A DNA stretch of 64,000 nucleotides, from positions 2,726 through 66,725 of the forward strand of contig CAMNRM010000022.1 of the NCBI GenBank assembly GCA_946553025.1. Reading direction: 5' to 3'. How positions within the stretch are numbered: position 1 is the stretch's first letter; every line of letters starts with the position of its first letter. This document shows, in pieces, positions 38,176 to 48,288 of this stretch. Made by a program: the position numbers and the translations under genes. This stretch comes from an uncultured Clostridium sp. (lineage in GTDB: Bacteria; Bacillota; Clostridia; Lachnospirales; Lachnospiraceae). The notes under the pieces were generated by a model. The model worked only from the letters and a program-made list of their open reading frames with translations. It made no database searches and was not told where the DNA came from.

Positions 38176-39210
38176 TCACCACCCCAAAATCATATCCAGG
38201 TCCTTATCTATCTGATCAAACAGCCCATCTTGCTGATTCTCTACATGTCCGTCACCATCCAAAAAAATCTCGACCGGCAGGCTTATCTTTTCCTCATCCT
38301 GCTGGAAAAAATAAATCTTTACTTTATTGTTAGCTATCTTATCGCTGCTCACACATCGCCGCAGCCCATTAAAAACATGATCGCTGTGGGTTTCCATCAC
38401 AACCTGCAGACCCATTCGGGCCAAAAATGCCAAAAATTCCATTAATTCCGCCTGTCCTGACGGATGAAGATGAATCTCCGGGTTTTCAATCATCAAAACA
38501 TCTCCCTTTTTACATGAAAATGCGGCAATAATCATCTCAGCAATATAACTAACCCCAGTTCCCACATTTTTCGGTCGGATATTTCTTCCAAGCTCACGAT
38601 TACGATAAGAAACACGAATCAATTCTGTTCCAGGAATTTCTTCTGCGCTTACCCGATAGCCCAAAATCCGCTCCAGCCAATAATCCACCTGACCGCCCAG
38701 CGTTAATTTTGTTTTATTATCATAAATAAAATCCTTCTCTTTTAACTCATCATCCTGATGGCATGCCAGATAAAAAAATGCATATTCACACCGAACCCCT
38801 ATCTGCTCCTTACCATCCAGAGATTTTTGATACGTATCCTCCACGCCAATCCTGTCTGCAGTCAGATAACGGATATTCATTTCCTCTGGAAATGCCGCCC
38901 CGTTTCTTTCCTCTTTCCCATCATCATAAAAAAGCTTACTATACACATACTCCCTGTCCTGATAAGCATATGCTGCCTCCAGAAAAATCTTTTTGCTCCC
39001 TGCAATCCAATTTTTCACCTCATTGACCGTGCCGATATTCATATAGTTTCCCGCCAATGAACTTGCACTATTTTGATACAAAGCAAGGATAGCCTGAATG
39101 ACCGTAGACTTTCCTGTAGAATTTTTTCCTGCAAGCAGGGTAAAATAAGAAAAATCTATCTCAGCTTCCCGAAAACATTTGAATCCCTGTATTTCCATAT
39201 GATTCAGCAT
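38176..39210 (-). CDS. AAA_21/ABC-type ATPase with C-terminal DUF3696
   Basis: GKNSTGKS Walker A, NVGTGVSY signature, IENPEIHLHP, ETHSDH, GLFDQ...L tail. Confidence 0.82.
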   Translation of the reverse strand: MLNHMEIQGFKCFREAEIDFSYFTLLAGKNSTGKSTVIQAILALYQNSASSLAGNYMNIGTVNEVKNWIAGSKKIFLEAAYAYQDREYVYSKLFYDDGKEERNGAAFPEEMNIRYLTADRIGVEDTYQKSLDGKEQIGVRCEYAFFYLACHQDDELKEKDFIYDNKTKLTLGGQVDYWLERILGYRVSAEEIPGTELIRVSYRNRELGRNIRPKNVGTGVSYIAEMIIAAFSCKKGDVLMIENPEIHLHPSGQAELMEFLAFLARMGLQVVMETHSDHVFNGLRRCVSSDKIANNKVKIYFFQQDEEKISLPVEIFLDGDGHVENQQDGLFDQIDKDLDMILGW

Positions 39211-39211
39211 T

Positions 39212-40237
39212 TTACGATAACCTCTTTTCTATCTCATCAAATTGCCTCTGTATATGAGCAAAATTTTCCTTTCCTTCATGAATCTCCCGCCAAAGAGCCT
39301 TATCAAAAGCAATGCTTGACAACCCCTGCTGCACCGCATCACCCTTCCCCCAGCACAGCCATACCACATGACATAAATATCCCAGCGTCCTAGCCTGTCT
39401 TTCCTTTCCCTTATCTTTTGCCAAATCAAATCCGGTGCTTCTTCCCCAGTGGTCCAATACCCGGATTGCCCCCATAAGCTCACGAGCCATTTTTTTTTCC
39501 CACAAACTATCCATGTTATCCATAGATTGAATTGTTCTGTCAAGCAGTTGCTGAAGACCCATGCCCTGTTCCATTTGCCTTACCCGGATCACTCCTTCAT
39601 AAGCAAAGCGGTACATCAAAATTCTTAATACCATATACTGTCGGTTTAAATTACGCTGACTAAAAAAATCCACAGACCGCTCAAGAAATCGTGCCAAACA
39701 ATGTAAATACTCCTCCAGTCTATTTCCATACAGTTTGTTCCTCACACCCTGTTCTCTGGCAAAATCCCATTGTTCGATATAATTTCCCACCTGGATATGC
39801 ATATACTTTGGCGTTGTATATTCAATCACCTGAAATGATAAGCTGTAATCATACAGCCAGGAAGTTCCTCTGGGAAAGTATCGTTCCAGCTGTTCTATCC
39901 TGTACCCTTCCAATTCAGGATAAAATTCCAGCCCTGTCAGAGGATACTCACCTTCCAAAAACAAAATAAGATTCAGCAGCCGATCATCGGAATTTAATAC
40001 AAGAAAACTCCCATCCTGTCGCTCTGATACATAAACCACCGGCAATGCAATTCCCAACAAAATTGCCTCTAACATTTCAGAAACATTTTTTATCCTTTTC
40101 GACTTTTTCCCTGAAGATAACACAGGAAACACGATTCTTCCTTCCTTAACCATCTGACAGATCTGAAAAATCGATATCTTTTTCTCATAGCTGTCAATAC
40201 GATTCTCAGAAAATCTCCCCATTTTTTCCCTCAACAT
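39212..40237 (-). CDS. DUF262 (ParB/Srx-like) domain protein with degenerate motif
   Basis: EAILLGIALPVVYV followed by VLNSDDRL (canonical IDGxQRL); first gene of a tightly packed triad. Confidence 0.6.
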   Translation of the reverse strand: MLREKMGRFSENRIDSYEKKISIFQICQMVKEGRIVFPVLSSGKKSKRIKNVSEMLEAILLGIALPVVYVSERQDGSFLVLNSDDRLLNLILFLEGEYPLTGLEFYPELEGYRIEQLERYFPRGTSWLYDYSLSFQVIEYTTPKYMHIQVGNYIEQWDFAREQGVRNKLYGNRLEEYLHCLARFLERSVDFFSQRNLNRQYMVLRILMYRFAYEGVIRVRQMEQGMGLQQLLDRTIQSMDNMDSLWEKKMARELMGAIRVLDHWGRSTGFDLAKDKGKERQARTLGYLCHVVWLCWGKGDAVQQGLSSIAFDKALWREIHEGKENFAHIQRQFDEIEKRLS

Positions 40238-40417
40238 GCTTTAACAATCCATTTCACAGCCCAGCCATACTATTTTACACAAAGTTCATTCATTACTATC
40301 ATTATAATCAATTCCCTTTCGCTTTACAAGGCAAAGATACTCATATAATCAAACAAAGCCACCGCACAGAAACCTCTTCAGGCTTCCATACAATGGCTCT
40401 GTTTCCATTATCTTTTC

Positions 40418-40684
40418 TTACTTCTCTCCCAGTCCATCGGCAATCGCCTGTGCAAGGGTTTCCAAAGCTTCTACTTCATCCTCACCGTCACAGATAACGT
40501 TAATCTCGGTTCCGCACTTGATTCCGGCAGCCATAACGTTAAGTACGCTCTTTGCCACGATTCTCTTCTCGCCGCACTCGATAATCACGTCGCTCTTAAA
40601 TTTCATCGCTGTCTGGGATAAAACCCCTGCTGGTCTTAAGTGCAGTCCGGATGGATTCGTTACTGTTAATGTTCTACTTACCAT
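40418..40684 (-). CDS. ptsH: Phosphocarrier protein HPr
   Basis: GLHLRPA (His15), AKSVLNVM (Ser46), DGEDE. Confidence 0.9.
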   Translation of the reverse strand: MVSRTLTVTNPSGLHLRPAGVLSQTAMKFKSDVIIECGEKRIVAKSVLNVMAAGIKCGTEINVICDGEDEVEALETLAQAIADGLGEK

Positions 40685-40806
40685 AATAATCTCTCCTTAT
40701 CTTATTATTTATTATCCCCAGGATTTCCCCTTAGAAATCTCCTAGTGATAATTTTATTACAAACTACCAATGATGTCAAGAAAAACACAGATAAGTCCGC
40801 ATTATT

Positions 40807-41433
40807 TTACAAAGTTTTTTCACTCCGGTGCGCCGAATAAACACACCCGCAGTAATTCTGCCGATAAAGCCCATATTCTTTTGACAGTTCCACCGATCGG
40901 CGGTAGCCGTCTTTCTTCTTAAAATCCGAAGGCAGATAACTTACACCATAGAATGCCCCTAATTCTTCGCCGATTTCATTTAACTTTGCGGCATTTTTTA
41001 ACGGGCTGATGGATAAGGTGGTGGTAAAATAATCAAACCCGCCCTTCTTCGCCTCCCTTGCCGCCTCCGCAAGCCGCAGGCGGTAGCAGAGAAAGCATCT
41101 CTCCCCGCCCTCCGGGTCACGCTCGTGTCCCTTCACCGCTTCATAAAACTTCTCCGGCTGATAACTCCCTTCCACATAAGTTATCGTGTGCTTTGCAGGC
41201 ATCGCGGCAATCAGCCTTTCCTGCTCGCCTGCACGCAGCCGGACTTCTTCAGGCGGGTAAATATTCGGATTATAATAGAGAACCGTAATCCAAAAATACT
41301 GCGAAAGATACTCCAGGCAGTAGCTGCTGCAGGGTGCACAGCAGCTGTGGAGCAAAAGCCTTGGCACCTCATTTCTTTCCTGGTGTCCGGCGATAATTTT
41401 TTCCAGTTCCTTTTGATAATTTCTCTGGTTCAT
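40807..41433 (-). CDS. queH: Epoxyqueuosine reductase QueH
   Basis: LLHSCCAPCS, RCFLCY, YRQNYCGC. Confidence 0.9.
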   Translation of the reverse strand: MNQRNYQKELEKIIAGHQERNEVPRLLLHSCCAPCSSYCLEYLSQYFWITVLYYNPNIYPPEEVRLRAGEQERLIAAMPAKHTITYVEGSYQPEKFYEAVKGHERDPEGGERCFLCYRLRLAEAAREAKKGGFDYFTTTLSISPLKNAAKLNEIGEELGAFYGVSYLPSDFKKKDGYRRSVELSKEYGLYRQNYCGCVYSAHRSEKTL

Positions 41434-41435
41434 TG

Positions 41436-42824
41436 TTAAAACCTGAACTTATCCTCAAAATATGCCTTCAGCTCCGCAATCGGAACCCTTACCTGTGCCA
41501 TGGTATCGCGATCTCTTACCGTAACGGCATGGTCTTCTTCCGAGTCAAAGTCATAAGTAATGCAGAACGGCGTTCCAATCTCATCCTGTCTTCTGTACCG
41601 CTTTCCAATCGCCCCGCGGTCGTCAAATTCGCAGTTATAGTACTTGCACAGTTCCGTATAAATCTTTTCCGCGCCCTCATTTAATTTCTTCGACAGCGGC
41701 AGCACCCCAATCTTTACCGGGGCAATCGCCGGATGGAAATGCAGTACGGTTCTTACATCCCCCTCACCAATCTCCTCTTCATCATAGGCCGCGCATAAGA
41801 AAGCCAGCGTCACGCGGTCGGCCCCCAAAGAAGGCTCGATAACATAGGGAATATATCTCTCTTTTAATTCATCGTCAAAGTAGGTCAGATCCTGGCTGGA
41901 TGTATTCTGGTGCTGGGTCAGGTCATAGTCGGTACGGTCAGCAATCCCCCACAGTTCGCCCCAGCCAAACGGGAACAAGAACTCCAGATCCGTCGTTGCC
42001 TTGCTGTAAAAGCTCAGTTCTTCCGGCTCATGGTCGCGGGCACGCATCTCCTCATCCTTAATGCCCAGGCTCTTTAACCAGTTAATGCAGAACTCCTTCC
42101 AGTAGGCAAACCATTCCAGATCCGTATCCGGCTTACAGAAAAACTCCAGTTCCATCTGCTCAAACTCACGGGTGCGGAAGGTAAAGTTTCCGGGCGTAAT
42201 TTCATTTCGGAAAGATTTTCCAATCTGTGCAATACCAAACGGAACTTTTTTCCGGGAAGTTCTCTGCACGTTCTTAAAGTTGACAAAAATGCCCTGTGCC
42301 GTTTCCGGGCGGAGATAAACGGTATTCTTTGCATCCTCGGTAACGCCCTGGAAGGTCTTAAACATCAGGTTAAACTGGCGGATATCGGTAAAATCATGTT
42401 TTCCGCAGCTTGGACAGCAGATATTGTTGTCGTCAATATACTGCTTCATCTCCTCCTGCGACCAGCCGTCCACGCCCTTTTCCGGCACAATGTTATGTTC
42501 CTTCATATAATCCTCAATCAGGTTATCGGCACGAAACCGCTCCTTACAGGACTTACAGTCCATCAGCGGGTCGGAAAATCCGCCCAGATGCCCGGAAGCC
42601 ACCCAGGTCTGCGGGTTCATTAAAATCGCACAGTCCACGCCGACATTAAAGGGGCTTTCCTGCACAAATTTCTGCCACCAGGCTTTTTTTACATTATTTT
42701 TCAGTTCCACGCCAAGATTTCCATAATCCCAGGTATTGGCCAGGCCGCCGTAAATCTCGGAGCCCGGATAGATAAAGCCTCTGTTCTTTGCCAATGCTGA
42801 AATTTTGTCCATCGTCTTTTCCAT
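41436..42824 (-). CDS. glyQS: Glycine--tRNA ligase (alpha2 type)
   Basis: [38 protein letters not shown]. Start moved to MEKTMDK (42824). Confidence 0.95.
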   Translation of the reverse strand: MEKTMDKISALAKNRGFIYPGSEIYGGLANTWDYGNLGVELKNNVKKAWWQKFVQESPFNVGVDCAILMNPQTWVASGHLGGFSDPLMDCKSCKERFRADNLIEDYMKEHNIVPEKGVDGWSQEEMKQYIDDNNICCPSCGKHDFTDIRQFNLMFKTFQGVTEDAKNTVYLRPETAQGIFVNFKNVQRTSRKKVPFGIAQIGKSFRNEITPGNFTFRTREFEQMELEFFCKPDTDLEWFAYWKEFCINWLKSLGIKDEEMRARDHEPEELSFYSKATTDLEFLFPFGWGELWGIADRTDYDLTQHQNTSSQDLTYFDDELKERYIPYVIEPSLGADRVTLAFLCAAYDEEEIGEGDVRTVLHFHPAIAPVKIGVLPLSKKLNEGAEKIYTELCKYYNCEFDDRGAIGKRYRRQDEIGTPFCITYDFDSEEDHAVTVRDRDTMAQVRVPIAELKAYFEDKFRF

Positions 42825-42928
42825 TGTGTTTACCTCACCTTTCCACTTTATCCTCCGCCTTCCTCCTTCCGGCTTAGAAGCGGGGGACTTTCTGTTGCTG
42901 TTCACGCAGATCTGCAATTAAGTCAAAT

Positions 42929-43612
42929 CTACCAGAAAATCAAATAATGTACGCCAGCCGGAACCTGCACGGTATGTTTATCCACTGTTTCTATGCCTTT
43001 GGTCATATAGCGGATTCTTCCTTCGACCTGGATTTCCACGGGATAGTCACTTTCCACCAGAACCATCTGTCCTTTTCCCAGTCTTTCCAGTTCCTGCGTT
43101 TCCGGAGGTTTTACCTCGCCGTCCTTTAAGGGCTTTACAAACTCTGCTGCCGTAAGCCACCCCTTAATGCGTGCGTCCTCCACCGTACAGACTTCAAAGT
43201 TCTTCAGACGGCTGTTCATACCGAAATAACTCTGTCCAAACGCCAGAAGTGTCTGGCTGTCCCTGTACTGATAAACGGCAGTAACCTGGTTTTCCCTTAA
43301 TTTACAGGATCGCACGGCAACCGGAAGAGGCTCTTTCCCCTCTTCGTTTTGGGAAGCCTTCTCTGCGCCCAGGCTTTCATTAAACAGGGCAACTTCCTCG
43401 AACACAAAGTTTTCCAGGCTTTCCTGCTGGTAATGTTCACTCTTTCCTTTATCGAACGTTTCCACCATCCCACTGGCGATTTCTCCGTCTTTGGTGATAT
43501 AAATGCTGTTGGTTTCCGGTGCAAATCCGCTGATTCCCGAACTTGACCTCTGGCAGCCGTAAACCAAAAGCACAGCCAGCGCTGTAAGCAGTACTGCCTT
43601 TTTTTGCTTCAT
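42929..43612 (-). CDS. Hypothetical lipoprotein
   Basis: Lipobox VYGC after a hydrophobic signal. Confidence 0.65.
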   Translation of the reverse strand: MKQKKAVLLTALAVLLVYGCQRSSSGISGFAPETNSIYITKDGEIASGMVETFDKGKSEHYQQESLENFVFEEVALFNESLGAEKASQNEEGKEPLPVAVRSCKLRENQVTAVYQYRDSQTLLAFGQSYFGMNSRLKNFEVCTVEDARIKGWLTAAEFVKPLKDGEVKPPETQELERLGKGQMVLVESDYPVEIQVEGRIRYMTKGIETVDKHTVQVPAGVHYLIFW

Positions 43613-43702
43613 AAACTCCTTGCATCCTCCATGCTGACGAATATTTACCTTATCATAACTGGTTTTCTTCCATTTGTAAAGGAGGAACGTAAAATCGTTT
43701 TA

Positions 43703-44350
43703 TTACAATATCGTTTCCAGAATATCCAGAGAACGAAAATGCTTATCCACGTTTTTCCTTACTTCATCCTCCACGCAGGCAGAAAACTCTCCAAATACCT
43801 CTTCGGTTAAAGTAAATTGATATAATTTTTCTATGGAAGAATACAGCACATACTCCCAGGCATAGTTTGCCGATTCGCTGACCCTGCGGCCGGGATGTGC
43901 GCTGTACTCTCCGCTCTGCACCATGGCCTTCAGTTCAAATATCCGCCGTACCAGCGGGTTGGGAAGCGCCGGCTTTAAAAGGGCGCGGAGCGACTGGTAC
44001 AAAAGCTTTAAAAGTTCTGTCCCGTCCATATTTTCGCGGCTGTAATAATCGGCCATTTCCAGAAAATAAGATCCGTAACAGGCGGCCTCCATATCGGCTG
44101 CAATGGTTTCAAAGTAGTTTTTAACCTCTGCCCGCTGCAGATTGTAGGCGTCCCGTCCCTCCACCAGGAAAAACGTACCAAAGACAAAGGGACGGCTGGC
44201 TGCCATCAGCGCATTTCCCGGACGTTTACAGCCCCGGGAAAAAACCGTGATCTTTCCTCTTTCCCGGGTAAGGAGCACCAGCCGTTTATCGGATTCACCA
44301 AAGGCCGATGCCCGAATCACCATTCCTGTCACCGAAATAATTTCACGCAT
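43703..44350 (-). CDS. recO: DNA repair protein RecO
   Basis: GESDKRLVLLTRERGKI N-terminal OB motif; adjacent to era. Confidence 0.9.
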   Translation of the reverse strand: MREIISVTGMVIRASAFGESDKRLVLLTRERGKITVFSRGCKRPGNALMAASRPFVFGTFFLVEGRDAYNLQRAEVKNYFETIAADMEAACYGSYFLEMADYYSRENMDGTELLKLLYQSLRALLKPALPNPLVRRIFELKAMVQSGEYSAHPGRRVSESANYAWEYVLYSSIEKLYQFTLTEEVFGEFSACVEDEVRKNVDKHFRSLDILETIL

Positions 44351-45265
44351 CTATCCCTTCACATCCCCCGGATGATATCCGTAATTCTTCATATAGAGTT
44401 CGCTGTCCCGCCATTCTTTGCGCACCTTCACCCAGAGCCTTAAGTTCACCTGGCCTTCCAGCATCTCTTCAATCTCTTTGCGGGCAGCCGTGCCGATTTT
44501 TTTCAGCATACTGCCGCCTTTTCCGATAATAATTCCCTTGTGGGAATCCCGCTCGCAGATAATGGTTGCCTCGATATCGGTAATCCCGTTCTTTCTCTGC
44601 GTCATCTTCTCGATGGTCACAGCAATCCCGTGGGGAATTTCATCGTCTAAAAGCCGCAGAGCCTTCTCCCGAATCAGTTCGGCGGCAATCTGGCGCATGG
44701 GCTGGTCTGTTACCGTGTCCTCGTCATAAAACTGCGGCCCGTAGGGCAGGTACTTAAACAGCAATTCCGTAAGCAGATCCGTATTCTTCCCCGTCAGCGC
44801 CGACAGGGGCACAATCTCCGCAAATTCACAGATATCCTTATAGGCGGCAATAAAGGTCAGGATTTCCTCCTGCTTTTTTACCGTGTCAATCTTATTAATC
44901 ACCAGAATCACTGGCGATTTTACCTTCTTTAACTGTTCGGCAATGTGTTTTTCCCCTGCGCCGATAAAGGTAGTCGGCTCCACCAGCCACAGCACCACAT
45001 CGACCTCGTTTAAGCTGTGTTCGGCCACATTGACCATGTATTCCCCAAGCTTATTTTTTGCCTTGTGGATTCCCGGCGTGTCCAGGAAGATAATCTGCCC
45101 GCGCTCGTCCGTATAGACGGTCTGAATCCGGTTCCTGGTCGTCTGGGGCTTACTGGACGTAATGGCTATCTTCTGCCCGATAAGCTGGTTCATCAGGGTG
45201 GACTTGCCTACATTGGGCCTGCCGATTAAGGCCGCAAAGCCGGACTTCTTCTGTTTATTTTCCAT
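44351..45265 (-). CDS. era: GTPase Era
   Basis: GRPNVGKST, DTPG, NKID, KH domain GIIIGKGG. Confidence 0.96.
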   Translation of the reverse strand: MENKQKKSGFAALIGRPNVGKSTLMNQLIGQKIAITSSKPQTTRNRIQTVYTDERGQIIFLDTPGIHKAKNKLGEYMVNVAEHSLNEVDVVLWLVEPTTFIGAGEKHIAEQLKKVKSPVILVINKIDTVKKQEEILTFIAAYKDICEFAEIVPLSALTGKNTDLLTELLFKYLPYGPQFYDEDTVTDQPMRQIAAELIREKALRLLDDEIPHGIAVTIEKMTQRKNGITDIEATIICERDSHKGIIIGKGGSMLKKIGTAARKEIEEMLEGQVNLRLWVKVRKEWRDSELYMKNYGYHPGDVKG

Positions 45266-45285
45266 AATTTCCTCCTGACCTTTCC

Positions 45286-48222
45286 CTATCCGTGGAACAG
45301 GTTTTCCACGCGCCCAAACATCCCGGCCTGTGCCTTCACCTGCTCTTCATTGCCGATAACGCAGAGAGCGCCTTCTGCGAGAAGTTCCTGAATCAGCGGT
45401 GCCAGGCGGCGGATATCTTCGGGATCTGCCGAGAGGATCTCTTCCCTTTCTTTTTGCAGCATTTCCCTGGTTACGCCCGAAATCCAGGCCGAGAGTCCGC
45501 GTGCACCCTTAATCGACGGCGTAAGGGGCGTGTCCAGTTCACTGATGGTTCCGATAATATATTTCGTCATATCCCGCTCACTGACATCGAAGTTTTTCAG
45601 ATATTCGGGAATGTGATTATAGGTTTCATTCGTTTCTTTTACATTCGGGTCACGGTAGGATACCAGATAGCCCTCCCCGCTCCGTCCAAATCCGCTCATG
45701 CACCCATAGGCCCCGCCCTGAACCCGGAGATTCAGCCACAGGTAATCGTAGTTTAAGATCATCTTTAAGATCCGCAGGGCACCCGTGTAGGCAAATCCGC
45801 CTTTTCGGAAATTTCCGCACCGCGCCACATAGTTTACCTGGGATGATGTTTTAAAGCCTTCATTCTGGTTCTGTGCAGAAAAAACAAAGGGATAGCGCTT
45901 ACCGTCGCTGTTTTTCAAGGCATCCGTAAGCTTCTTCATCGCCCCGGAAAGAAGGGAAAAGCCTTCCTCATCCGCCGTATAGCTTACCAGCATATGGTCC
46001 AGGGTAAAGAGCCTGCCGCAGACATCTTTTAACTTCTTTATCAGCAGTCCGCGGTTTTCCGGTTTTTCATAATCTTTACAGATTTTTTCCAGAAAATGGA
46101 AGTATCCAATGCCGCCGGTCAAATCATTATAGCTGGATGTCGGCGAAAAATAGGAGGTTGCCCTGGCTACCGCTGCCGAGTGGGAGGCATTTTCCAGGCG
46201 CATCCTTGCCCTGGATTTATTCTCTGCCAGGATTTCACCCAGGCGCTTCTCATCGTCCAGCTTAGAAGACGTAAAAATTTCCTTAAATATCGAAAAAGCA
46301 AAATCAATCTTTGGATAGAGCACCTTGGCCTTTGCCGCGAATGCCCCGACAAATTTCTCCGGTTCCTTTAAATTCACATAGGAAGTCACGGAAAAGTCAA
46401 TGCCGCCGCTGTTTAAATAAATCTCGCTTGCCAGTTCGTTATAGCCGAAATGCTCGGTATCCACATAGCCCAGTATGGATTTTAAAAGCCCCACATAGGG
46501 CAGATCTTCCTGGGCAATCCCGTCGGTGGTAAACAACAGGGTCAGATAGCCGATGCCGGAGGTAAAGAGGTTGGAATGAATCACCTTTATCCCGTCAATC
46601 TCCTTCTCCTCGCCGTATAAGCCTTCGCCCTCAGTATCGATATCCTCCCGTTTCAGCATGGGAATCTTTAACAAGTCCTCCTGCGGCGACGGGGTTTCCT
46701 GGTATTCTTTTAACGTTTTTGTTTCCTTCTGCAAAAAGAGAAGTTCTTCCTCACTTAAAGAAGCCCGGTAATCTTCAAGTTTCTTTGCCAGCTTCTGGTC
46801 TTCCTTGGCGGTAAGATTTTTCTGGGGAAGAAGGGTGATTACGGCTTCAAAGGGATTATCCAGCAGGTATTCGCGGATCAGCCCTTCAAAATAGCCCTCG
46901 CCCACCGCCTTCTTTAAAAAGTCAAAGGTTTCCTGGTATTCCAGGTGAAGCATCGGATCGCCGTCATAGAGCCAGCTGTCCATCGACCACAGCCCGTACA
47001 TCAGGCCCTTGGGTGCCGAGCCGTAATCGGCCTCGCGATAGCGGAATTCATAGTAATTTAACCCTGCCAGCAGGCTTTTTGCATCTATGCCCTGGTCGGC
47101 CAGCTTTCTGAGCGTCCCCTTGACAACGGCAAGAAACTCTGCTTTCTGCTCTTTTGCCGCATTCTTTGCCACCACGGAAAAATAGGGCTGTAAAATCCCG
47201 CTCTCATAGCCGCCGAAGATATCATCGCCAATCCCCGCATCCAAAAGCGCCTGCTTTAACGGTGCTCCCGGCGCATCCAAAAGGGTGTATTCCAGAATCT
47301 GGAAGGCCACATAGAGCTTAGGGTCCAGATCCGTTCCCACCACCGTATTGACGGAAAAATATGCCTGGTTTTCCTCCTCTTCATCTTCGGTAATGGAATA
47401 ATAAGCTTCTTTTTCTATCGGACGGGCAAAAGGCTTCTGGAACTGAATGGCAGAGTCCACCGCCCTTTTCTCAAACCGGCCAAGATACTCCTTATCCAGC
47501 CATTCCAGCTTCTGTGCGGCATCCATATTTCCGTAGAGATAGATAAAGCTGTTGCTGGGATGATAATAGCTCTGATGGAAACGGACAAAGTCCTCATAGG
47601 TCAGGTTGGGAATCTCTGCGGGATCTCCGCCGGACTCGAAGCCGTAGCAGGTATCCGGGAAGAGTTCATGGGTAATCAACCGATCCAGTACACTTTCCGG
47701 CGAGGAAAATGCCCCCTTCATCTCATTGTACACCACGCCATTAATTGTCAGCGGCCCTTTGGTGTCTTCCAGTTCATAATGCCAGCCTTCCTGCTGAAAG
47801 ATTTTCGGCTCATGGTAAATATTCGGATAAAATACGGCGTCCAGATACACATTCATTAAATTCTGGAAATCTTTTTCATTACAGCTTGCCACGGGATAAA
47901 CGGTCTTATCCGGATAGGTCATGGCATTTAAAAACGTGTTTAATGAACCCTTTACCAGCTCCACAAACGGGTCCTTCACCGGAAACTTTTCCGAACCGCA
48001 CAGCACGCTGTGCTCTAAGATATGGGCAACCCCTGTGCTCGTATCCGGCGGTGTGCGAAAGCCGATGGAAAAGACCTTATTTTCATCGTCATTAAGCATT
48101 AAAAACAGCCTGGCCCCGGTCTTTTTATGCGAAAGAACAATGCCAAGGGAATTCATCTCCTTAATCTCTTTTTCCTTAACCAGCGTATAAGCCGGCAGAT
48201 TTTCCAATCCTGATTTCTTCAT
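45286..48222 (-). CDS. M16C (presequence-protease-like) zinc metallopeptidase
   Basis: HILEH inverted zinc motif, FLNAMTYPDKT, RVQGGAYG. Confidence 0.9.
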   Translation of the reverse strand: MKKSGLENLPAYTLVKEKEIKEMNSLGIVLSHKKTGARLFLMLNDDENKVFSIGFRTPPDTSTGVAHILEHSVLCGSEKFPVKDPFVELVKGSLNTFLNAMTYPDKTVYPVASCNEKDFQNLMNVYLDAVFYPNIYHEPKIFQQEGWHYELEDTKGPLTINGVVYNEMKGAFSSPESVLDRLITHELFPDTCYGFESGGDPAEIPNLTYEDFVRFHQSYYHPSNSFIYLYGNMDAAQKLEWLDKEYLGRFEKRAVDSAIQFQKPFARPIEKEAYYSITEDEEEENQAYFSVNTVVGTDLDPKLYVAFQILEYTLLDAPGAPLKQALLDAGIGDDIFGGYESGILQPYFSVVAKNAAKEQKAEFLAVVKGTLRKLADQGIDAKSLLAGLNYYEFRYREADYGSAPKGLMYGLWSMDSWLYDGDPMLHLEYQETFDFLKKAVGEGYFEGLIREYLLDNPFEAVITLLPQKNLTAKEDQKLAKKLEDYRASLSEEELLFLQKETKTLKEYQETPSPQEDLLKIPMLKREDIDTEGEGLYGEEKEIDGIKVIHSNLFTSGIGYLTLLFTTDGIAQEDLPYVGLLKSILGYVDTEHFGYNELASEIYLNSGGIDFSVTSYVNLKEPEKFVGAFAAKAKVLYPKIDFAFSIFKEIFTSSKLDDEKRLGEILAENKSRARMRLENASHSAAVARATSYFSPTSSYNDLTGGIGYFHFLEKICKDYEKPENRGLLIKKLKDVCGRLFTLDHMLVSYTADEEGFSLLSGAMKKLTDALKNSDGKRYPFVFSAQNQNEGFKTSSQVNYVARCGNFRKGGFAYTGALRILKMILNYDYLWLNLRVQGGAYGCMSGFGRSGEGYLVSYRDPNVKETNETYNHIPEYLKNFDVSERDMTKYIIGTISELDTPLTPSIKGARGLSAWISGVTREMLQKEREEILSADPEDIRRLAPLIQELLAEGALCVIGNEEQVKAQAGMFGRVENLFHG

Positions 48223-48288
48223 TCTTATGCCTTTCTTTTTTGTTGCCTTTATTTATGGTGGTGCACTCCGTTGTGGACGCAAAAAGCT

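Noticed and set aside
42825-42928. T-box riboswitch upstream of glyQS
   Set aside because: The spacer is only about 100 bp, with no T-box sequence (TGGNACCGCG) or specifier stem visible.
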